Shown here: positions 40,050 to 50,051 of the stretch, in pieces | Position numbering within the stretch: the first letter of the stretch is position 1 | How the letters are laid out: the number at the start of each line of letters is the position of its first letter | NCBI GenBank assembly: GCA_964371245.1 | Contig: CAYJKP010000001.1 | Location: 53,128-117,127 of the forward strand | Length of the DNA stretch: 64,000 nucleotides | Source: an uncultured Gammaproteobacteria bacterium | GTDB taxonomy: Bacteria; Patescibacteriota; Patescibacteriia; JAHIZJ01 | Reading direction: 5' to 3' | Translations under genes and position numbers: made by a program | The notes under the pieces: generated by a model | What the model was told of the DNA's origin: nothing | What the model saw: only the letters and a program-made list of their open reading frames with translations | The model's database searches: none

Positions 40050-40934
40050 TTGAGAGTAACGAGAAATAATCTGTTTTATCTCCCGCCGGAGTATTCGGCC
40101 TGGCGAAATTCGAAGGTGATCGCGGTGCCTTTGGGTTTCGAGAAATCGGTAACCTTCGGAACGGGCACACGAACCGGTCCGGCGGCCATCGTGGCCGCTT
40201 CCCAGCAGGTCGAACTTTTTGACGAGGAACTCTGGCAGGAAACCCAGAAGAAAGTCGGCGTGGCCACGCTCCAGCCATTTCCGGCGGCCAAAAGCTATAA
40301 CGCCCTTGAGGAACAGATAGAAACGATCATACCGAAAATTTATGGCGAAAAAAAATTTCCTCTGATTTTGGGCGGCGAGCACAGCCTGACGCCTTTTATT
40401 ATCAAAAGCCTAATTCGATCAGGGCTGAAAGGTTTCAGTATTCTGCAGTTTGACGCACACGCCGATCTGCGCGACGGCTATCTCGGCCAAAAGTATTCCC
40501 ATGCTTCAGCTATGCGACGTTGCCTTGATTTCCCCGATGTCAATCTCGTTCAAATCGGTATCAGAAATATCAGCAATGAGAACGACGAATTAGTTTATTG
40601 GCGGAAGAATCAACGCCGCATCAAAACTTTTTGGGCAAAAGACAAAAAACGCTGGCTGATTAATAACCTTATAAAAGGCTTGAAAAAAAACGTCTATCTC
40701 ACCATTGACGTGGATGTTTTTGATTCATCTATTATGCCGTCGACTGGCACGCCTGAACCGGGCGGGCTTGATTGGTACGAGGTTTTGGATGTTTTACGCC
40801 CGATTTGCCGGCAGCGAAATATCATCGGCGCTGATGTCGTTGAGCTGGCGCCAATCAAGGGATTGGTCGCGCCCGATTTTCTAGTTGCCAAATTGATATA
40901 TAAAATGATCGGGTATATTTCCCGACACGCATAA
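40050..40934 (+). CDS. speB: Agmatinase
   Basis: GGEHS, DAHADLR, SHAS, DVDVFD, TGTPEPGG. Confidence 0.92.
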   Translation: MRVTRNNLFYLPPEYSAWRNSKVIAVPLGFEKSVTFGTGTRTGPAAIVAASQQVELFDEELWQETQKKVGVATLQPFPAAKSYNALEEQIETIIPKIYGEKKFPLILGGEHSLTPFIIKSLIRSGLKGFSILQFDAHADLRDGYLGQKYSHASAMRRCLDFPDVNLVQIGIRNISNENDELVYWRKNQRRIKTFWAKDKKRWLINNLIKGLKKNVYLTIDVDVFDSSIMPSTGTPEPGGLDWYEVLDVLRPICRQRNIIGADVVELAPIKGLVAPDFLVAKLIYKMIGYISRHA

Positions 40935-40944
40935 CGGCGTGAGA

Positions 40945-41288
40945 ATGAACTTATTAACGAACGTTTTACAAAGACTTCCTTTATTGGTTTTATTCCTAAT
41001 CAGCGCCGGGTTCATCATCATTGGTGATTATTTTGCCAAATATTGGTCATTGCACCGGCGAAATATTTATCTCGCGCCGACGCTTTTTGTGTTATGTGAT
41101 ATCTGGTTTTTTATCCGCCCTCTTTTTAAAAGACGGTTTTACCGTTACGGCCTTGATTTGGGTTGTTTAATGTAATTGGCTTTATCCTGATCGGCCTAAT
41201 CATTTTAGGGAAACGCTCACCAGCGGTGAAATTATTGGTGCTGTATTAGGCGTTGTTTCTCTGATTATTCTTAGCCTGAAAAAAATAA
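40945..41288 (+). pseudogene. SMR/DMT-like small transporter with at least 3 frameshifts
   Basis: Segments IIGDYFAK / CYVISGF..TALIW / NVIGFILIGLII / FRETLTSGEIIGAVLG lie in different frames. Confidence 0.65.
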
Positions 41289-41356
41289 ACCAGGCCGTTT
41301 TCAATAAAGATCAGGAAGCGTGGTATAATAACTTCGTTAACATTACCTAGGCTAAT

Positions 41357-42187
41357 ATGTATCTTCTCTTCGATATCGGAGCCACCAACCTTCGCCTCGC
41401 CGTTTCGAGTGATGGGAAAAAGCTGGAACATTGTTGTAGCATTCCAACGCCACAAAATTTTCGCGATGGCCTCGAGATACTGAAAGATATGACAAACAAA
41501 CTTACCCATGGCCAGAAGATAAAGGCTGTCGCCGGTGGTACCCACGGCATGCTAAATAAAAATAAAACCAGCATCGTCAGCTGCCCGCATTTGCCCGGTT
41601 GGATCGGGAAACCGTTAGTACCGGCATTGCGGCAGATGTGGCACTGTCCCGTCTCACTTGAAAATGACGCGAATCTTGCCGGTCTCGGGGAAGCGACCTA
41701 TGGCGCCGGCCGTCGCTACCCAATTGTCGCTTTTTTAACGATCAGTACGGGTGTTGGCGGTACGCGCATCTATAATAAACGTTTTGAGGCGAATGCCATC
41801 GGTTTCGAGCCTGGCCAGCAAATTATAAACGCGGATCGTCCAGCTTTTCTGCCGAACCAGTCCGGCCGTCTCGAAGGGTATATATCAGGCACGGCGCTGG
41901 GGAGGAAGCATGGCCGAACGTCAAATAAAATTACCAATCAGAAGGTCTGGCGGGAATTTGAACAATACCTCGGCTATGGCCTGGTAAATGTCGTGCGTTT
42001 TTGGTCGCCGCATGTTATAGTGTTGGGAGGCGGCGTGATGGAAAATCGGCATATTTCGTGCCAACGGTTGAATAACAACCTGCGTCGTATGTTGCCAAAG
42101 ATTCCGATTTTGCCGCGTGTTGTCCGCGGTAGGCTGGGGCAACGGGCGGGGTTGTACGGCGCCGTAGCCTGGCTCGCCCAAAGATAA
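41357..42187 (+). CDS. ROK family sugar kinase
   Basis: DIGATN, LENDANLAGLGE, STGVGG, LEGYISG. Confidence 0.9.
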   Translation: MYLLFDIGATNLRLAVSSDGKKLEHCCSIPTPQNFRDGLEILKDMTNKLTHGQKIKAVAGGTHGMLNKNKTSIVSCPHLPGWIGKPLVPALRQMWHCPVSLENDANLAGLGEATYGAGRRYPIVAFLTISTGVGGTRIYNKRFEANAIGFEPGQQIINADRPAFLPNQSGRLEGYISGTALGRKHGRTSNKITNQKVWREFEQYLGYGLVNVVRFWSPHVIVLGGGVMENRHISCQRLNNNLRRMLPKIPILPRVVRGRLGQRAGLYGAVAWLAQR

Positions 42188-42204
42188 TACGTACTATCAA
42201 TCAT

Positions 42205-42342
42205 ATGCCAAAACCCATTACGGAATTACAGGTAAAGACGAAACCCTCAGTCGGACGCGTGATCGTCACCATTCTTTCGGTGGTATTTGTGGCTTCCGTG
42301 TTCGTTCTCTTTGGCTTCATCGTCTTAACGTCACGATCGTAA
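42205..42342 (+). CDS. 45-aa single-TM protein
   Basis: MPKPITELQVKTKPSVGRVIVTILSVVFVASVFVLFGFIVLTSRS; below the ORF-track cutoff. Confidence 0.5.
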   Translation: MPKPITELQVKTKPSVGRVIVTILSVVFVASVFVLFGFIVLTSRS

Positions 42343-42442
42343 ACTCGTTCCGCCATCATGAAGGTGTGCCAACCCGAAAGCACTCTTGTCAAACAAGACG
42401 CTTTTTGATTATATAACCCTGCAGAACATTACAATACACACT

Positions 42443-44224
42443 GTGGGAAACCCAACCGAAGAAATAAAAGCAAAATTGGACATTGCCGAAGTGGTTCAGG
42501 AATACGTTAAACTGACGCGCGCCGGCACGAATTACAAAGGACTCTGTCCGTTCCATCGGGAAAAGACCCCTTCTTTTATGGTTTCTTCGGACAAGCAGAT
42601 ATTCCATTGTTTCGGCTGCGGCGAGGGCGGGGACGTCTTTAGCTTTGTGATGAAGATAGAAGGCGTTGAATTTCCTGAGGCACTCCGGGTGTTGGCGGCG
42701 AAAGCCGGGGTGAAATTGGAACCGCGGAATCCACAGCTGGAAAACCAAAAGACGAAACTGCTGGATATCAACCGATTGGCAGCCGCCTATTTTCATAAAG
42801 TCCTGCTTGAATCGTCGCAGGCGGCGGTGGCACGCGAGTATGTCAAGAAACGAGGCATAAGCGAACTCACGATTGAAGAGTTTAAAATTGGCTACAGCGT
42901 CGAAGACTGGGAAGCGCTCCAGTCGTTTCTCCTAAAGAAGGGCTATACCGCGGAAGAAATTTTTGACGCTGGTTTATCTATTAAGAAAGAACGCGGCGAC
43001 GGCTACTATGATCGTTTCCGCGGCCGGCTGATGTTTCCGCTGGCTGACGTTCATGGTCAGATAGTCGGCTTCGGCGGCCGAATTCTGGTGACGAAGGACG
43101 GGACCGCCGCCAAATACGTCAATACCCCTCAAACGGCGGTCTATAACAAAAGCGCTTTGTTATTTGCCTTAGATCGGGCAAAGAAGGAGATCCAAAAACA
43201 AAAGTTGGCCGTGGTTGTCGAAGGCTATATGGACGCGCTGTCGTCGCACCAGGCCGGGGTGGAGAACGTTGTTGCCTCGAGCGGGACGGCGTTAACCCAA
43301 GATCAGGTTCGGCTGTTGCGCCGGTACTGCCAAACTGCAGCGCTGGCGTTTGATACGGATCCGGCCGGTTCGGAGGCAACGCGGCGAGGTTTGGAAATCG
43401 CCTGGCAGCACGAACTGGAAACGCGGATTGTTGAATTGCCGTTTGGCAAAGACCCCGACGAATGCATCCAGAAAGATCCGGCTGCCTGGAAACAAGCGAT
43501 TGCGAAAGCCCGACCCTTCATGGAATTCTACTTTGACAAAACATTCAAAGAAACGAACTTGGCCACCGTCGAAGGAAAAAAGCAGGCCGCCAAGATACTC
43601 CTGCCGCTGATCAGCCACCTGCCAGATCAAATTGAGCAAACGCATTACCTCCAAAAGCTGGCGTCAGCCATCCATGTCGAAGAACGACACCTGCGAGACC
43701 GTCTTCCAAAAGCCCGCCAGGCGCCGGCGACACCGACAACCGCCGCTCCAACCGTCAGGACAAAAGACCGGGTCGAACGCTTGAGCGAGTTGGTGCTCGG
43801 CATCGCCTTAAAATATCCGGAACACCTTGAATACATTATCCAGAACATACAGCCGGAGTATCTCAAAGGGGAAGGTTTAGCCGAACTTTACAAGATAGTG
43901 GTTATCTATTATACTAAGGCTACCTCAGTAATTAGCGATGAGCTTTTTGCCGAGATTGCACGTCAAAATAGCCAACTTTCAGAAAAAGCGAAAACGCTTC
44001 TTCTCCTGGCTGAGACAATTTTTGAGGAACAGGCCGAGACGGACGAGTACCGCAAAGCGCTGATCGAGGCCGTTCCGGTTCTCAAGAAGCAGTCTTTATC
44101 GCGCACGCTGAGACAGCTCCAGGATGAGCTGAACACAGCCGAAGCTCAGCGCGATCAACCGCGTATTCAAACTCTTTTAGAAAATATTACGAGTTTGACT
44201 GAAGAATTAGGACATCTTTCGTAA
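42443..44224 (+). CDS. dnaG: DNA primase
   Basis: CPFHREKTPSF..CFGC, FGGR, KYVNTP, EGYMD, KDPDE. Confidence 0.97.
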   Translation: MGNPTEEIKAKLDIAEVVQEYVKLTRAGTNYKGLCPFHREKTPSFMVSSDKQIFHCFGCGEGGDVFSFVMKIEGVEFPEALRVLAAKAGVKLEPRNPQLENQKTKLLDINRLAAAYFHKVLLESSQAAVAREYVKKRGISELTIEEFKIGYSVEDWEALQSFLLKKGYTAEEIFDAGLSIKKERGDGYYDRFRGRLMFPLADVHGQIVGFGGRILVTKDGTAAKYVNTPQTAVYNKSALLFALDRAKKEIQKQKLAVVVEGYMDALSSHQAGVENVVASSGTALTQDQVRLLRRYCQTAALAFDTDPAGSEATRRGLEIAWQHELETRIVELPFGKDPDECIQKDPAAWKQAIAKARPFMEFYFDKTFKETNLATVEGKKQAAKILLPLISHLPDQIEQTHYLQKLASAIHVEERHLRDRLPKARQAPATPTTAAPTVRTKDRVERLSELVLGIALKYPEHLEYIIQNIQPEYLKGEGLAELYKIVVIYYTKATSVISDELFAEIARQNSQLSEKAKTLLLLAETIFEEQAETDEYRKALIEAVPVLKKQSLSRTLRQLQDELNTAEAQRDQPRIQTLLENITSLTEELGHLS

Positions 44225-44240
44225 ATAATCACGTATACGA

Positions 44241-44321
44241 CTAACTTTGTTCCTACGGGGACACTGATAGATCGGGCCTGTCGTTGGAAGGATAGCGTCG
44301 TCGGATCTATCGGATAGTTAG
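44241..44321 (+). promoter_or_regulatory. Three-way-junction structure in the dnaG-rpoD spacer
   Basis: CTAACT/AGTTAG closing stem; TGTTCC-TACG-GGGACA; TGATAGATC/GATCTATCG. Confidence 0.45.
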
Positions 44322-44331
44322 ACATTTTTCT

Positions 44332-45552
44332 ATGTCAAAAACAAGCAAGCCAAAAAAGAAGAAGCCGTTAGTGAAACACAAGACGCTAAAAGCGAAGAAA
44401 CCAAAGGGGAAGGCGCATCCGAAGAAAACCGCCAAGTCGGCTGTTTCCAAGAATCAAATTCAGGAAAAACCGATAATGTCCGAAGGAGCTCAAGCGGCAC
44501 TCGTTCGTAAGGGACGAATGCGCGGTTTTATTACTGAAAAGGAAATTCTCTATGCCTTGCCCGAAGTGGAAGAGTATTTGGAGGCCTATGAACACCTTTT
44601 GGACACGTTTGACGAGCTGGGAATTCGAGTCATGGAGACCGACGCGGGCATTCTTGATCATGCCGTCGGTGATCAGCAGTTTCTTGATCGCGGTAAGGTT
44701 GACAGCCAGCGTTTTGACCTGAGCGACATTTCAGACGATTCAATTCAGATGTACCTTCGAGAGATTGGAAAAGTACCGCTCCTAACTGCTGATGAAGAAA
44801 TTCAGCTCGCCAAGCGGAAAGAAAAAAGCGACGTAGAAGCCGCCAAGCGCATGGTCCAGGCGAATCTGCGTCTCGTCGTCTCGATCGCGAAAAAATTCAC
44901 TGGCCGGTCGCTCTCCCTCCTTGATCTGATCCAGGAAGGAAACATTGGTTTATTCCGAGCTGTTGAAAAATTTGACTATCGGAAAGGATATAAATTTTCG
45001 ACCTACGCTACCTGGTGGATCCGACAGGCCATCACCCGGGCCTTGGCTGATCAATCTCGAATTATCCGTATTCCCGTGCACATGGTCGAGACGATCAATA
45101 AATTTCAACAGATTGAACGGCAGCTGATACAGGACCTGGGACGCGAGCCGCTGCCTGAGGAGATCGCGGCAGAGATGGGTGAGGAAGTCGAGAAAGTCCG
45201 CCACATCATGAAAATATCGCAGGACACGGTTTCCCTGGAAACGTCGGTCGGCGAGGATGACGAGGACTCGACACTCGGCGATTTTATCGAGGACGAAAAA
45301 ACAATCTCGCCCGATCGCGTGGCCTCACTGCAGTTGCTCAAGGATCACGTCAAGGACATTATTAGGGAACTGCCGCCCCGGGAACAGAAAATACTTGAGA
45401 TGCGTTTTGGTTTGATGGACGGCGTGTCGCATACGCTTGAAGAAGTCGGCCAGGAATTTGGCGTGACGCGTGAACGTATCCGGCAGATCGAGGCCAAGGC
45501 GCTTGAAAAAATCCAGGAACACGTGGGCATGAAGAAACTGCGGGATTATTGA
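44332..45552 (+). CDS. rpoD: Primary sigma factor SigA/RpoD
   Basis: [47 protein letters not shown]. Confidence 0.98.
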   Translation: MSKTSKPKKKKPLVKHKTLKAKKPKGKAHPKKTAKSAVSKNQIQEKPIMSEGAQAALVRKGRMRGFITEKEILYALPEVEEYLEAYEHLLDTFDELGIRVMETDAGILDHAVGDQQFLDRGKVDSQRFDLSDISDDSIQMYLREIGKVPLLTADEEIQLAKRKEKSDVEAAKRMVQANLRLVVSIAKKFTGRSLSLLDLIQEGNIGLFRAVEKFDYRKGYKFSTYATWWIRQAITRALADQSRIIRIPVHMVETINKFQQIERQLIQDLGREPLPEEIAAEMGEEVEKVRHIMKISQDTVSLETSVGEDDEDSTLGDFIEDEKTISPDRVASLQLLKDHVKDIIRELPPREQKILEMRFGLMDGVSHTLEEVGQEFGVTRERIRQIEAKALEKIQEHVGMKKLRDY

Positions 45553-45579
45553 GTCGACTAAAAGCATAGGCCCCTCTGC

Positions 45580-45651
45580 TCCGCGATAGCTCAATGGTAG
45601 AGCAACCGGCTGTTAACCGGTAGGTTGTCGGTTCGAATCCGACTCGCGGAG
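45580..45651 (+). tRNA. tRNA-Asn (GTT), CCA not encoded
   Basis: TCCGCGA/TCGCGGA acceptor, ACCGG-CTGTTAA-CCGGT anticodon arm, GGTTCGAATCC. Confidence 0.97.
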
Positions 45652-45676
45652 CTGAGGGGCTTTGTTGTTATGATTT

Positions 45677-45876
45677 ATAGCTCAATGGGTCGAAGCGGCC
45701 GCTGCGAGCGACTGAACTGCTTCAGTCGCGTGCCGCTGAGACGGGCTGGCCGATGTCTTTGACCGGCCAGCACCGGAAGAGCAACCCCCACCAAAGACGG
45801 GTGAGCCTCTGGCTGAGGCTGTTAACCGGTAGGTTGTCGGTTCCCCCGGATCAGGGTCCGGTGCGACTCGCGGAGC
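45677..45876 (+). pseudogene. Second tRNA-Asn copy split by three hairpin insertions
   Basis: ATAGCTCAATGG, AGAGCAACC, GGCTGTTAACCGGTAGGTTGTCGGTTC and CGACTCGCGGAGC match the tRNA in order. Confidence 0.85.
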
Positions 45877-46027
45877 ACCGCAGGGATTTGTTTATTATAT
45901 GGAAAAAGCAAATAATGCGCACAATATTGTTGAAATACTTGCTATTTTAATATTTTTGTGATATAATAGAAACGTCAATTAGAAACAAAAGACGTAGAAA
46001 AAACAGAACCCATTTAAACAAAGCCAT

Positions 46028-49000
46028 ATGAATAAGCCTATAAAGCTTGGTCTCGCTCTCCTTCTTGGTGCAGCGTTTTTTATTTTGCATAGTAATACCG
46101 CCAGCGCCGAAGATGTAGTCTTACATGGTCGTGAGGCGCAATTGCCGCTCTCAACGTCTGGAAAGGTGGTTGTGAAATATAATGAGCAACTCGTGAAACT
46201 AGCGGAAGAAAGCGGTCAGTATCAGGCTTCGGTCATGGCCGGGGTGCATGCCCTTACCGAAGACGCATTACACGAAGACCAAAACCTTGGCGTTTTTTCG
46301 ATCCGTGACGGCAAAACCATTGCTTCAAAAATTGAAGAATTGCAGCACAACCCACTCGTCGATTACGCCGAGCCGGAATACCTATATTATCCCGAAAGCA
46401 CGACGCCAAATGATTCATACTATTCTCTTCTTTGGGGTTTGAATAACACTGGCCAAACAGTCAACGGCACGAGCGGCACGGCTGATGCTGATATTGACGC
46501 GGCCGAAGCCTGGGATATTGCACGAAACGCGAGCGATACCATCGTGGCGGTCATTGATACGGGCGTCAACCTCAGTCATCCCGAACTATCGGCCAGCATT
46601 GTTCAGGGCTATGATTTTGTTGACGATGATACCTCACCGTATGACGTCGGCGGTCATGGCACGCACGTGGCCGGTACAATCGCCGCGCGTGGGAATAACA
46701 GCGACGGCGTTACCGGTGTTTCCTGGAGCGCGAAAATTATGCCGATCCGCGTCCTCGGCATCGGGGGCGGCACGAACTCGGATATTGCCGACGGTATCCG
46801 CTACGCCGTCGATCATGGAGCAAAAGTACTGAACATGAGTTTGGGCGGGACCGGCTATAGCCAAGTGTTGTATGACGCAATTGATTACGCGAAGACACAC
46901 GACGTGTTAGCCGTGGTCGCCGCCGGAAACGACGGTCGGAACAATGACGGCGGTACCCACACCTATCCCTGCGATTATGACCTCGACAATATTATCTGCG
47001 TCGCAGCAACAACGCAAACTGACGCCCTGGCCAGTTTTTCCAATTACGGTACAACCTCGGTCGACGTGGCGGCGCCGGGTACAAACATCATGAGCACCTA
47101 TCCCGAGCCGGCGCTGATCGAATATTTTGATAATGCCTCGCACGCGACGATGTACGGGTACGATTTCACCGGTACGGACTTTACGGTCAGCGGCGATTCC
47201 GCGCCACAGGGCTGGATCGTCACCGACGTCTCGGGAGACAAATGGGCGCAGGCGTGGTATGGCGGGCCGTACAATAATGTTGATACGTACATTACGTCGA
47301 CGAGCATCAGTCTCAGCGGAGAGCATTCAATTCTCTTGAAATTCACCTACGATTTTTTAACAGAAAGTTCACCCACGGAGGCGTGCGAATACGATTATCT
47401 CGGGATCGACGTGTACAACGGTTCCAGCTGGACGACAGTCGATAAATTATGCAATTATTTCGGTGATCCGTGGGGCGGCGGCGAGGCGTTGGATGTCGCT
47501 GAATATGATCTGTCGGCGTATGCGGCGAGTGCGACCAAGGTCCGATTTCATTGGCACACGGATGCGACGGGCGGCAGTGCAGGCTTTTTTATCAATAATG
47601 TCTTTGTTTATAAAACCGGCGAAAGCTACACCTATCTCAATGGAACTTCAATGGCCACGCCGCACGTCGCCGGTCTGGCCACCTTGCTCCGGGGGTACAA
47701 GCCGAGCGCGAGTTATTCGCTGGTCAAAGAGGCGATAACCGATTCGGTCGACGCAAAGAGCTCACTGAGCGGAAAAATAGTGACCGGCGGCCGGATCAAC
47801 GCCTATGCCGCTGTGTCCTCGCTCGACGGAACGCCACCGACGACGTCGCTGTCGCGCAATCCCAGCGGTCCGAATGGCGACAACGGGTATTATGTGACCG
47901 TTCCCTCAATCACGCTGCGCGCCACCGATTCCGGCTCGGGAGTGGCGAAAACATATTATAAATGGGACAGCGGCACATATTCCGAGTATCACGGCTCAAT
48001 TCCGGCGCCGGAAGGGGTTCATGTGCTCAAATATTATTCAACTGATTTGGCGGGAAATCGCGAAACGACCAAGAATAAAAAATTCAGGGTCGACACCCAT
48101 CACCCGCGGATAGAATTTACCCGTTCACTGTATCGAAACACGACCCTTTCCGCCCAGCGGACAATATCCGGAACGGGCAAGGATGGCGGCTCTCGGCTGA
48201 AGTATGTCATGATGAACGGCACGCTGCTGCCACTGAGCAAAGGGGTATTTAGCACGGCTGTAACCCTGAAGGATGGTTTAAATAAATATACGTTCGTCGC
48301 GAAAGACAACGCTGGCAATAAAACCACAGTGATTAAGTATGCGTATTACCGAAACGGACGCGTGCTCGGCACGGCCGCACCCGTCGAACGTATCATCACA
48401 ACCGCTCATCCCGGTCGTCCTCCTCAGGTCAGGATTTTTGACAAAAAAGGGACGTTGAAAAATCAATGGTTTGCCTACGGGCAAGATTTCAAGACGGGCG
48501 TAAGCTTGGCCACCGGCGACGTGAACAACGACGGTCAAGCCGAGGTGATCGTCGGTCCGGCCGGCGTTGACGCGTCGCTCGTAAAAGTGTTTACCCAGAA
48601 AGGTACCCTTCTAAAACAGTGGTATGCCTATCCGGCTGAGTGGCAGATTGGCGCCACCGTGGCAACAGGCGACGTCAACGGCGACGGGACAATCGAAATC
48701 ATTGTTCTCCCGGCCGTAAAAAAACCGGCCCAAGTAAAAGTATTTACGTATTCAGGCAGGCTCAAATATCAATTCTTTGCTGACACGGCGCCCACCTTGC
48801 TGAATCTGGCCGTCGGCGACGTCAACGGCGATTGGAAAGACGAAATCATTGTTTCAGCGACAGCCGGCTCCGGACCTGAGGTGCGCGTTTATACCTACAA
48901 AGGGAAATTGGCTTATCGCTTCAATGCCTATGCCCCGGGTTTCCGCGGCGGCGTTGAAATTGCAGCCGGTGATGTAAATAACGATAAAAAAGACGAGATT

Positions 49001-49270
49001 ATTACGGGCGTCATGGGTGCTGGCACCAGCCAGGTTCGGGTTTTTAAAAGGGATGGTACGGCCATAAACCAATTTTTTGCCTATGACCTGAGTTACCGTG
49101 ACGGCGTGACGATGGCCTCGGCCGACATCAATGGTGACGGCAAAGATGAAATAATCACTGGGACGGCGCCGGGGCAATCAGGCATTGTTAGGACGTTTAA
49201 GAAAGACGGTTCGCGCGTAAGCCAATTTTTCGCCTTTCCAAAGGAATGGCCGATCGGCGTGAAACTATAA
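46028..49270 (+). CDS. Secreted S8 subtilase with inserted domain, Ig-like domains and FG-GAP repeats
   Basis: VIDTG, HGTHVAG, AAGN, GTSMATPHVAG; repeated GDVNGDG..EII. Confidence 0.93.
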   Translation: MNKPIKLGLALLLGAAFFILHSNTASAEDVVLHGREAQLPLSTSGKVVVKYNEQLVKLAEESGQYQASVMAGVHALTEDALHEDQNLGVFSIRDGKTIASKIEELQHNPLVDYAEPEYLYYPESTTPNDSYYSLLWGLNNTGQTVNGTSGTADADIDAAEAWDIARNASDTIVAVIDTGVNLSHPELSASIVQGYDFVDDDTSPYDVGGHGTHVAGTIAARGNNSDGVTGVSWSAKIMPIRVLGIGGGTNSDIADGIRYAVDHGAKVLNMSLGGTGYSQVLYDAIDYAKTHDVLAVVAAGNDGRNNDGGTHTYPCDYDLDNIICVAATTQTDALASFSNYGTTSVDVAAPGTNIMSTYPEPALIEYFDNASHATMYGYDFTGTDFTVSGDSAPQGWIVTDVSGDKWAQAWYGGPYNNVDTYITSTSISLSGEHSILLKFTYDFLTESSPTEACEYDYLGIDVYNGSSWTTVDKLCNYFGDPWGGGEALDVAEYDLSAYAASATKVRFHWHTDATGGSAGFFINNVFVYKTGESYTYLNGTSMATPHVAGLATLLRGYKPSASYSLVKEAITDSVDAKSSLSGKIVTGGRINAYAAVSSLDGTPPTTSLSRNPSGPNGDNGYYVTVPSITLRATDSGSGVAKTYYKWDSGTYSEYHGSIPAPEGVHVLKYYSTDLAGNRETTKNKKFRVDTHHPRIEFTRSLYRNTTLSAQRTISGTGKDGGSRLKYVMMNGTLLPLSKGVFSTAVTLKDGLNKYTFVAKDNAGNKTTVIKYAYYRNGRVLGTAAPVERIITTAHPGRPPQVRIFDKKGTLKNQWFAYGQDFKTGVSLATGDVNNDGQAEVIVGPAGVDASLVKVFTQKGTLLKQWYAYPAEWQIGATVATGDVNGDGTIEIIVLPAVKKPAQVKVFTYSGRLKYQFFADTAPTLLNLAVGDVNGDWKDEIIVSATAGSGPEVRVYTYKGKLAYRFNAYAPGFRGGVEIAAGDVNNDKKDEIITGVMGAGTSQVRVFKRDGTAINQFFAYDLSYRDGVTMASADINGDGKDEIITGTAPGQSGIVRTFKKDGSRVSQFFAFPKEWPIGVKL

Positions 49271-49321
49271 TTTGCGAGTAATAACGCAATAACAAAAAAC
49301 CGGCTATGAGTCGGTCTTTTG

Positions 49322-49948
49322 TTATGAATTTTCTAATCGGCGGTGTCTGATATGTCGCCAGACATACCAGATTATTACCAGTATGATGAAAAGCCCGATA
49401 GTCAGATCAAATTTATGCAGTTTTTCACGAATCAACTCCCAATGGTCACCCATTTTTATTCCGAGCCAGGCAAAGAGAGCGGTCCAGGGCAGGGCGCCAA
49501 AAAAAGTGAAAATCGAAAACCGTTTCAGATTCATCTTCGCGATGCCAGCCGGAAAGGAAATGTATGTTCGCACGATCGGCAAAAGCCGTCCGAAGAACAC
49601 GGTCCAGTCGCCGTACTTCGTGAACCAGCGGTCAGCCAGGTCGAGATCGTGTTTGGAAATTAATATGTACTTGCCGTATTTTTCGATCAGCGGCCGTCCA
49701 CCCTTCAGGCCGATCCAATAGGCGAGCAGTGAGCCAACGAGATTGCCGAATGTTCCGGCCAGCGTAATCAGCCAAAACGACATCTTTCCTGCCGAAACCA
49801 AAAAGCCGGAAAACGGCATGATCACCTCGGAGGGCATCGGAATTCCGCAACTCTCAACCAGCATCAGGAAAAATACGCCGGGATAGCCGATGGCGTCAAT
49901 TGTTTGCGTTACGATTCGCGCGAGAAAATCTATTACGTCGGTCACCAT
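49322..49948 (-). CDS. dedA: DedA family membrane protein
   Basis: ESCGIPMPSEVIMPFSG, GRLLPIVRTYISFPAG. Confidence 0.93.
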   Translation of the reverse strand: MVTDVIDFLARIVTQTIDAIGYPGVFFLMLVESCGIPMPSEVIMPFSGFLVSAGKMSFWLITLAGTFGNLVGSLLAYWIGLKGGRPLIEKYGKYILISKHDLDLADRWFTKYGDWTVFFGRLLPIVRTYISFPAGIAKMNLKRFSIFTFFGALPWTALFAWLGIKMGDHWELIREKLHKFDLTIGLFIILVIIWYVWRHIRHRRLENS

Positions 49949-50051
49949 AATGATAGGTTCGTTGTTGTTTGCATCATTGTACCATAAAGTTGCCAATGAA
50001 GATAGACAAAACGGGGAAAAACTGCTATAATGAAGGAGTTAAAAAAACGAA

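Noticed and set aside
48480-49160. Repeated GGCGACGTCAACGGCGA DNA motifs, CRISPR-like at first glance
   Set aside because: They are in-frame FG-GAP protein repeats; no CRISPR array or cas genes found.
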